From assembly GCA_026387235.1 (NCBI GenBank), contig JAPLMD010000026.1, forward strand, positions 973 through 64,972: DNA of 64,000 bases, in the 5' to 3' direction. Made by a program: the position numbers and the translations under genes. This DNA comes from Candidatus Omnitrophota bacterium. Its GTDB lineage: Bacteria > Omnitrophota > Gorgyraeia > Gorgyraeales > Gorgyraeaceae. Below are positions 58,437-64,000 of this stretch, one piece after another; within the stretch, counting starts at the first letter, position 1, and each line of letters begins with the position of its first letter. The notes under the pieces were generated by a model. It had not been told where the DNA came from, did not search any database, and was given only the letters and a program-made list of their open reading frames with translations.

Positions 58437-59906
58437 TTATAGTGTATCGCCAAATATTTCTGCGCTGAAAATGTAGATTTCTGTAGCTTTATCCTTCCAT
58501 GCGTCTTGAGGAAGGCCTGCTTTCCTGCAGGTTTCTTTTAAGAAAGTCTCTTTGTCCCAATTATATTCCGTGGCTACCTGAGGTAAAAGTAATCCTGAAT
58601 TAAAACCCTTTTTCATGTAAAGCCCATGCCTGCCGACCTCTATCTCGCTTATATCTTTTATTTTCTTTAGAGGCGTCAGGACCGATATCTCAAGTTCCAG
58701 CTTATCCAATTCATCCTGAGTAACAGGATTAAATCTATAATCGTTAACCGCAGCTGATTTAGCAACGTCTTTCACTGTTTCATAAAGCGGTTTTACTGCC
58801 TGTATATAGCCAATGCATCCGCGAAGCTGGCCGCGTTCGTTCAGCGTGACAAATGCCCCGCAATTTTCTTTGAGCTTTTCTTCTGTCACATTGGGATAAA
58901 ATTGTCTTTTGCCGGTAACTGCCTCTATTATTGAAAATCTCGCTATCTCAAGAAGCTTCTTCTTTTCCTCTTTATTAAGATATTCGTCTTCCATGATAAG
59001 CCCTCCCTTCTCTTCCGCTCCTTCAGGCACATATATCAAAATGCTTGAATATCCCACCACCCTGGATTTATCGCCTGTAACATCGCCTGAATTTGCGTAT
59101 TTTAAAAGGACCGCCTTTGCATTATGCCTATTCGCAAACATAATACCGGCAAGAACAGCTACAGGCGCGTCTATCTCTGTGTTTTTGCTGTCAATCTGCT
59201 GCATAAGCCATTCCGCGTCCAGTTTTTCAATAGCGCTTATGCCGCTTGTATCAAGCTTTACTGCCTTATCGTAAGGATAATAATGCGACAGGTCCACGCT
59301 TATGATTACCAGAGTATCCTTGTCCGCAACATCGTAAAGCGCATCGCTTAGTATCTTCATATCCTCGGACGCAGGGATTCCCATAACGATAGGGACTATT
59401 CTAAAATCCCTGTCTTTATACGCTCTTTGCAAAAATGGCAGTTCCACCTCTATCGCGTGTTCTTTTAAATGCGCTTCAGGATAAAAAATAAATCTTTTAT
59501 CCTTTGCCATTATTCTATCGGCAAGCCCTTCGTCTATTTTCACGATTCCAAGCGGGGTTTCAAACGAGCCTTTATTATAAACTGAAATGCCGTCAAAAGC
59601 CACGTAATGGCTCGGAGATATTATGATAATCTTTTTGAAATCTGTTCCTTCCAGCTGTTTAAAACTATGAGCCGCGACCTGGCCGGAATATTCATAGCCC
59701 GCGTGCGGCACAATGATAGCCAAAACCCTGCCTTCTATATCAGATTTTTCGGCATTGGCTAAAAAATCATCTACCTTCCCGGCAAGCTCTCCTTTATTTC
59801 CGGGATAAAACATGCCTGCTACAGCCGGCTTCCTTATGTCTTCAGAATAAGACCTCAAGCAAAAACATAATAATATGGCTATAAAAAATATAACGCCTTT
59901 CATCAT
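58437..59906 (-). CDS. Memo1-family (AmmeMemoRadiSam system protein B) fused to C-terminal AMMECR1 domain (system protein A)
   Basis: 489 aa. N-terminal signal-like helix. Memo/extradiol-dioxygenase-like block AGMFYPG...VPHAGYEYSG...ISPSH. C-terminal ~190 aa carry the AMMECR1 motif CGAFVTLNERGQLRGCIGY. Confidence 0.75.
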   Translation of the reverse strand: MMKGVIFFIAILLCFCLRSYSEDIRKPAVAGMFYPGNKGELAGKVDDFLANAEKSDIEGRVLAIIVPHAGYEYSGQVAAHSFKQLEGTDFKKIIIISPSHYVAFDGISVYNKGSFETPLGIVKIDEGLADRIMAKDKRFIFYPEAHLKEHAIEVELPFLQRAYKDRDFRIVPIVMGIPASEDMKILSDALYDVADKDTLVIISVDLSHYYPYDKAVKLDTSGISAIEKLDAEWLMQQIDSKNTEIDAPVAVLAGIMFANRHNAKAVLLKYANSGDVTGDKSRVVGYSSILIYVPEGAEEKGGLIMEDEYLNKEEKKKLLEIARFSIIEAVTGKRQFYPNVTEEKLKENCGAFVTLNERGQLRGCIGYIQAVKPLYETVKDVAKSAAVNDYRFNPVTQDELDKLELEISVLTPLKKIKDISEIEVGRHGLYMKKGFNSGLLLPQVATEYNWDKETFLKETCRKAGLPQDAWKDKATEIYIFSAEIFGDTL

Positions 59907-59909
59907 AGC

Positions 59910-60059
59910 TCACCCTGCTAATTTCTTATAATACTTCGCTTCTTTGTATGATTTTTTGAACAGGCTCAATTTCTTCAAACCCGGCAAAAGAAAAACCGCA
60001 AATACCCCAAAACCCGCCATCCTCAAAAATTCTCTCCGCGTCATCTTTCTATCCATCAT
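59910..60059 (-). CDS. Small ORF (49 aa) with twin-arginine-like motif, wedged between the radical SAM and Memo-AMMECR1 genes
   Basis: Manual translation gives MMDRKMTRREFLRMAGFGVFAVFLLPGLKKLSLFKKSYKEAKYYKKLAG. TRREFLR matches the Tat consensus S/T-R-R-x-F-L-K and is followed by a hydrophobic h-region. The TGA stop is in-frame, 3 nt before the ATG of the downstream gene. Confidence 0.35.
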   Translation of the reverse strand: MMDRKMTRREFLRMAGFGVFAVFLLPGLKKLSLFKKSYKEAKYYKKLAG

Positions 60060-60068
60060 AAATCCCCT

Positions 60069-61043
60069 CTACTCCCAGCGGCCCGGGATTTTGTTGCTGC
60101 AAAACTTACACTTGCTGTCCACTATATAGTTCTGAGTAACTGTATAGCCGAGTCTTTCAATAATCAGCTTTTTGCACGCCTGGCAATAAGTATTATTGCC
60201 TTCGTGTTCCGGGATATTGCCTACGTACACGTAATTCATGCCTTTTGACATAGCGATATTCCTCGCCAAGATCAGCGATTCTTCAGGCGTGGGCGGCAGG
60301 TTTTTTAACTGATATATCGGCCAGAATTTTGAAAAGTGCATCGGCACATCCGGCCCGAGATTTCCTACAACCCAGTCGCATAGTTTCGAAAAATCATCCT
60401 TGGTGTCATTGTAAGTAGGCACGACGAGATTTACAAGTTCAAGCCAGATCCCTTTTTCTTTTATCAATTTTATGGAATTCATGACAGGGCCGATACTGCC
60501 GCCTGTAACATTCTGGTAAAAATTTTCTGTTATGCCTTTAAAATCCACCTTCACGGCATCCAGAAACTTGCACGCGTCTTCAAGAGGCTTCTGGTTTATA
60601 TACCCTGCTGTAACCCAGATATTCAACAGATTATTTTTATGCGCGATATCCGCTATATCAGCCGCATATTCAAAAAATATAATAGGCTCGGAATAAGTGC
60701 AGGCAATGGTCCTGCATTTATTTTTTATTGCCTCGCTGACAACCTGTTCCGGAGACATGTCTATATTTACGGTATCTTCAGGGTTAGATTGGGATATTTC
60801 CCAATTCTGGCAATACAGACAATGCATATTGCATCCTGCCGTAGCCAAAGAAAAAGACAGCGTCCCGGGCAAAAAATGATAAAAAGGCTTTTTCTCAATA
60901 GGGTCCACGTGCGCGGTGCAGGGTTTTCCGTAAACAAGGGTTTGGAGTTTCCCGTTTATATTCATGCGCGAGCGGCAGTTTCCCCTCTCTCCCTCTTTTA
61001 ATTCGCAGCCCCTGGGACACAATAAACACTTTACTTTTTTCAT
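60069..61043 (-). CDS. AmmeMemoRadiSam system radical SAM enzyme (PFL-activase-like)
   Basis: 324 aa. CLLCPRGCEL N-terminal Cys pair plus CNMHCLYCQNWEIS CxxxCxxC motif. Adjacent to the Memo/AMMECR1 gene. Confidence 0.8.
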   Translation of the reverse strand: MKKVKCLLCPRGCELKEGERGNCRSRMNINGKLQTLVYGKPCTAHVDPIEKKPFYHFLPGTLSFSLATAGCNMHCLYCQNWEISQSNPEDTVNIDMSPEQVVSEAIKNKCRTIACTYSEPIIFFEYAADIADIAHKNNLLNIWVTAGYINQKPLEDACKFLDAVKVDFKGITENFYQNVTGGSIGPVMNSIKLIKEKGIWLELVNLVVPTYNDTKDDFSKLCDWVVGNLGPDVPMHFSKFWPIYQLKNLPPTPEESLILARNIAMSKGMNYVYVGNIPEHEGNNTYCQACKKLIIERLGYTVTQNYIVDSKCKFCSNKIPGRWE

Positions 61044-61216
61044 TCTTCTATAACCCTGTAATATTTTGCTTCCCTTGGATGTAAGCCTTTTTTTTCTATG
61101 CTGTTCAGATTGGTTTTTAGAATGCTTGGCCTTGGTTTATTAGCGCGCATAATTGCCGCTCCTATCATTACAAGGATTAATATAATGACTAGATTAAAAA
61201 TTATTTTTTTAACCAT
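61040..61216 (-). CDS. Small single-TM protein (58 aa), translationally coupled (ATGA) to the downstream radical SAM gene
   Basis: Manual translation gives MVKKIIFNLVIILILVMIGAAIMRANKPRPSILKTNLNSIEKKGLHPREAKYYRVIEE. Absent from the ORF track (<60 aa). Start overlaps the lgt stop by a few nt. Confidence 0.35.
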   Translation of the reverse strand: MVKKIIFNLVIILILVMIGAAIMRANKPRPSILKTNLNSIEKKGLHPREAKYYRVIEE

Positions 61217-61925
61217 GCCTTCTCTTTATGTATAAAATCGTCGCTATTATAAACATCAATATACTCGTGAGGCCTGCCAAAGTCAACGCCGTATTCCATA
61301 GATAAACATTATCCGCCCTGAACTGGGAAACAATAATCCTGATGACTCCGTACGCCATAAGGTATAATAAAAATAACCCGCCAACAAATTTCACCTTTTT
61401 TCTTAAGTTCCATAATAGTAAAAATCCTGCGAAATCTAAAATAAGCTCATAAATCTGGGTAGGATGATTCTCCATGCCGAATAATGGTTTTATCGGCATG
61501 CCAAAACAGCACCCGTTTAAAAAACAGCCTATCCTTCCGATCGCTTGGCCCAGTATTATGGAAGGCGCTATCAAATCAGCCAATGCCCAGAAAGAAATCT
61601 TTCTGGCCTTTGAAAATATAATGCCTGCTATTACGCCTCCAAAGATCCCTCCGTGTATAGCAAGTCCTCCCTGCCACACCTTAAATATAGACACAGGATC
61701 TTCTGAAAAATCCTTAAGGCCGAAAAAAAGGATGTAATAAATCCTCGCGCCTATTATCGAACCTATCAGCAGATAAAAACCAAGGTCATATACCAGGTCC
61801 GGCTTTATATTTTTTCTTACAGCCTCGCGCCTGGCAATAAATATCCCAAACAAAAAAGCTATGGCGACCATCATGCCATAGCTATAAATTATAAAAGGCC
61901 CGATTTTAGCTATTATAGGATGCAT
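61209..61925 (-). CDS. lgt: Prolipoprotein diacylglyceryl transferase
   Basis: 238 aa. Polytopic. Conserved GARIYY and GRIGCFLNGCCFG signature regions of Lgt. Confidence 0.8.
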   Translation of the reverse strand: MHPIIAKIGPFIIYSYGMMVAIAFLFGIFIARREAVRKNIKPDLVYDLGFYLLIGSIIGARIYYILFFGLKDFSEDPVSIFKVWQGGLAIHGGIFGGVIAGIIFSKARKISFWALADLIAPSIILGQAIGRIGCFLNGCCFGMPIKPLFGMENHPTQIYELILDFAGFLLLWNLRKKVKFVGGLFLLYLMAYGVIRIIVSQFRADNVYLWNTALTLAGLTSILMFIIATILYIKRRHG

Positions 61926-61929
61926 AAAA

Positions 61930-62679
61930 TTATCTTATCTCTAAATCCGCCTTACCTGTCCTTTGTTTTGCGAAATCCCAGGAGTAATCGTAAAGATGGA
62001 GCCCTTTGCTGGCAGCTATAATTTCCCCATTCTCAACGCCTATTTCTTCTGCCATATATTGCTTCACAAGCTCCAGCCCGCCTAAATTTGAAGGGAAGCC
62101 TCCCCATAAATCCCATGACCTGAAATAAAGGAAGAAATGCAGTTTCCCGTAACGAATCCTTGTATCTATAAGCCGCAGGCACGGCGGATCAATCAGCTTT
62201 ATGTCAGAAGGCATGCCTATCTCTATTATAGCCTGATTAGTGCCATGCCCATGGGTTTTGTACATCTTTATAACTTCTTCAACCTGATTTACTTCTAAAG
62301 GCATCTCCCTGACCATTTCCTTGCCGTCTACTGTTTCCTTCAGCCTGACCTTTGCGTCCACCATTCTTTCGCCATAGGTATAGTCTTCGGTATTTGTTTT
62401 CTGGCCTGTCAATAAATACGAAAGGTAACCGTTTATGTATTCCATGCTCGTAGGCGCAGGAATGCTTGAACCTTCGGGTATTATAGGTATCATCTGATGG
62501 CTTGGATTTTTTATCCTGATGGTAACAAAATCAAATTCAAGCCTTTTCTGGCCGGCGTAACTGCCTCTCGTGATCGTATACACGTGCCCGCATTCTAAAA
62601 TCTTTGAAAGGCACCTGAACCACGCGTCGTCTAAATCAAACGCCTCTATGTGAACCGGTTTAAGCTCGTTTCTCTCCAC
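61930..62679 (-). CDS. Thymidylate synthase-family protein (short, archaeal-like ThyA fold)
   Basis: 249 aa. DPPCLRLIDTRIRYGKLHFFLYFRSWDLWGGFPSNLGGLELV aligns to the ThyA active-site region [40 protein letters not shown], including the catalytic Cys. Confidence 0.55.
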   Translation of the reverse strand: MERNELKPVHIEAFDLDDAWFRCLSKILECGHVYTITRGSYAGQKRLEFDFVTIRIKNPSHQMIPIIPEGSSIPAPTSMEYINGYLSYLLTGQKTNTEDYTYGERMVDAKVRLKETVDGKEMVREMPLEVNQVEEVIKMYKTHGHGTNQAIIEIGMPSDIKLIDPPCLRLIDTRIRYGKLHFFLYFRSWDLWGGFPSNLGGLELVKQYMAEEIGVENGEIIAASKGLHLYDYSWDFAKQRTGKADLEIR

Positions 62680-62680
62680 T

Positions 62681-63175
62681 TTATTTCACTCCCCAATATT
62701 TTTTGAGTTCGTTTGTAATAGCATCCTGATCTTTATTCCCGATATCTTTTTCTATTATTTTACTCCTCTGGGCTTTCTTCTTCAAGCTAATTAAATCCTC
62801 TAATTCTCTAACGCTCGTTATCCCGCAGCCAAACGCCCTCGCGTGATTTTTTATGAAATTGTCATCTGAGGCGACGGTTATCTTGTTCTTTCCGGATGAT
62901 ATTTTAAGTATGTCTACTATTACCTTGTCAGCGTCTTTGTCCTTATTGGAGAATAAAACCTCTATGTCTCCGTATGTCTGCCTGCCTAATCCCAGGCCTT
63001 CGCTCTTGCCGTCAAAAACAATTATTATCTTATCAAACGAGCTGTTCCTATGCCTGAAATCCGCTAGCGCCTTAATAAATGACAGGCGCGAAGACTCAAG
63101 GTTTATGTCTTTTTTTGCGTCAAATTCTTTGATCTTGCTTATCGCGTTATAGCCGTCGATAATTAAACATCTCAT
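62681..63175 (-). CDS. NYN-domain (YacP/LabA-like) predicted ribonuclease
   Basis: 164 aa. LIIDGYNAI...IIVFDG...VASDD acidic-residue pattern typical of YacP-like NYN domains. Confidence 0.6.
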   Translation of the reverse strand: MRCLIIDGYNAISKIKEFDAKKDINLESSRLSFIKALADFRHRNSSFDKIIIVFDGKSEGLGLGRQTYGDIEVLFSNKDKDADKVIVDILKISSGKNKITVASDDNFIKNHARAFGCGITSVRELEDLISLKKKAQRSKIIEKDIGNKDQDAITNELKKYWGVK

Positions 63176-63786
63176 GAGAGCTCGGATTTTATTTTTTTAA
63201 AAGCCCCTTCTCCGTTAAACGCCACTCCTTTTATGCCAAGCTTTGACGCCGCTTCAATCAAATCCGCCCTGTCATCTATATAAAATGCGCCCGAGTTCTT
63301 CGCGCCGACTGCCCTAAGCGCTGCATCGTAAATCTCAGGGCTAGGCTTTCTAAAACCTATCTCATAAGAAAGTATAAGTTTATCAAACTCGCGGAAGATA
63401 GGCATTTTCTCTTTAAGAAATCCGTAATGCGTTTCATTTATATTGGATATCATCGCTATCTTATATCTATTTTTTATTTTCTTTAAAAAATCCTGTATTT
63501 TTTTATTAAGCGGGGTTTCAAAAAATATGTCGTTCCAAATCGGTAAAAACACGCCATAATCCATATCCAGCTTAAGAGAATCTTTTACTCTTTTGAAAAA
63601 ATCCAAAGAGGAGATTTTCCCTTCTTCGTAATCCTTTGTAATGCCTGAATCAAAGAAAAGCTGATAGATATCCTCTTCTTTTTTAGGGGTGAAGGCCAAA
63701 ATCTTTTTTACCGCTATCCTGTGGTCAAAATTGACAAGGACATTCCCCAGGTCGCAGAATATAGCATCGTATTTATTTTTAACCAT
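63172..63786 (-). CDS. HAD-superfamily hydrolase (subfamily IA-like)
   Basis: 204 aa. Motif I AIFCDLGNVL (DxG). Motif III/IV FYIDDRADLIE. Confidence 0.6.
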   Translation of the reverse strand: MVKNKYDAIFCDLGNVLVNFDHRIAVKKILAFTPKKEEDIYQLFFDSGITKDYEEGKISSLDFFKRVKDSLKLDMDYGVFLPIWNDIFFETPLNKKIQDFLKKIKNRYKIAMISNINETHYGFLKEKMPIFREFDKLILSYEIGFRKPSPEIYDAALRAVGAKNSGAFYIDDRADLIEAASKLGIKGVAFNGEGAFKKIKSELS

Positions 63787-63810
63787 AGATTTCAGCGTTG
63801 CGGGATATAT

Positions 63811-64000
63811 TCAGTCAACCTTTGGCAGACATTTTATCGCTTTTTTTATTGCCTCTTCGGGATGCTCGTAATCCTTCAGCTTGCCTCCGATGTATGCGTC
63901 ATAAGCAGCCAGGTCGAAATTACCGTGGCCGGAATAGTTAAAGACTATGCATTTTTCTTTATTTTCTTTTTTACATATCAATGCCTCGTCTATTGCCGCC
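63811..64000 (-). CDS. TrpB-like PLP-dependent enzyme, C-terminal fragment (5' end outside window)
   Basis: Manual translation ...[46 protein letters not shown] resembles the C-terminus of TrpB2/TrpB-like proteins (..LSGHG..DL.AY). Confidence 0.45.
   Translation of the reverse strand, partial: AAIDEALICKKENKEKCIVFNYSGHGNFDLAAYDAYIGGKLKDYEHPEEAIKKAIKCLPKVD

Noticed and set aside
59910-59912. Alternative genetic code (TGA read as a sense codon), suggested by the in-frame TGA between the mini-ORF and Memo
   Set aside because: TGA clearly functions as a stop for other well-defined genes in the window (e.g. 2250-2252 overlapping the atpA start, 61040-61042). A global recoding is therefore not supported.
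1-64000. CRISPR arrays, rRNA or tRNA genes
   Set aside because: No regularly spaced direct repeats, no rRNA-like conserved segments and no tRNA-like cloverleaf candidates were seen in the few intergenic regions longer than 100 nt.

Overview
The window is a gene-dense stretch of a low-GC bacterial chromosome. Its gene content points to an anaerobe of an uncultured-like lineage: V/A-type ATPases, class 1B dihydroorotate dehydrogenase and very many radical SAM enzymes. Sixty-two of the 63 annotated features, including all but one protein-coding gene, are on the minus strand with tiny or overlapping intergenic gaps. Read in the minus-strand direction, from 64000 down to 1, the content is as follows. 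(i) 64000-58437: the 3' end of a TrpB-like gene, a HAD hydrolase, a NYN/YacP nuclease, a short ThyA-like thymidylate synthase, lgt, and an AmmeMemoRadiSam locus. That locus carries the radical SAM partner plus a Memo-AMMECR1 fusion, with two unannotated small ORFs wedged in. (ii) 58273-55955: the only plus-strand gene, a membrane-anchored spermidine-synthase-like protein. It carries an in-frame copy of a small hairpin repeat that also occurs intergenically at 3355-3425. (iii) 55886-53344: glmS and rsmI. (iv) 53356-19392: a ~34 kb, tightly packed island of about 24 co-directional genes. It mixes membrane GT-C glycosyltransferases (ArnT/PMT-like, including three paralogs with a novel C-terminal Tyr/Gly tandem-repeat domain), two GT2 enzymes, UDP-galactopyranose mutase, a DegT aminotransferase, an epimerase, SGNH esterases (two of them split by a ~450-aa TPR array) and a GHL10-like secreted protein. 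With these sit six B12-binding radical SAM enzymes, one further MTTase-like radical SAM enzyme and two radical SAM/SPASM enzymes. I read this as a radical-SAM-tailored glycoconjugate (envelope glycan or protein glycosylation) system of undescribed chemistry, with internal recent duplications. (v) 19397-12191: a canonical pyr operon (pyrR-B-C-[EndoQ-like PHP nuclease]-K-D-F-E). It is preceded by a near-consensus sigma70 promoter and a textbook PyrR binding loop plus attenuator terminator. It is interrupted between pyrF and pyrE by a perfect 27-bp-stem palindrome, which recurs at 58386-58436 with a compensatory change. (vi) 12187-1: two different V/A-type ATPase gene sets back to back. One is a complete G-C-I-K-F-E-A-B-D operon. 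The second is a Chlamydia/Treponema-style E-hyp-A-B set that runs off the window. A universal stress protein gene lies between them. No rRNA, tRNA, CRISPR, transposase or integrase genes were seen.
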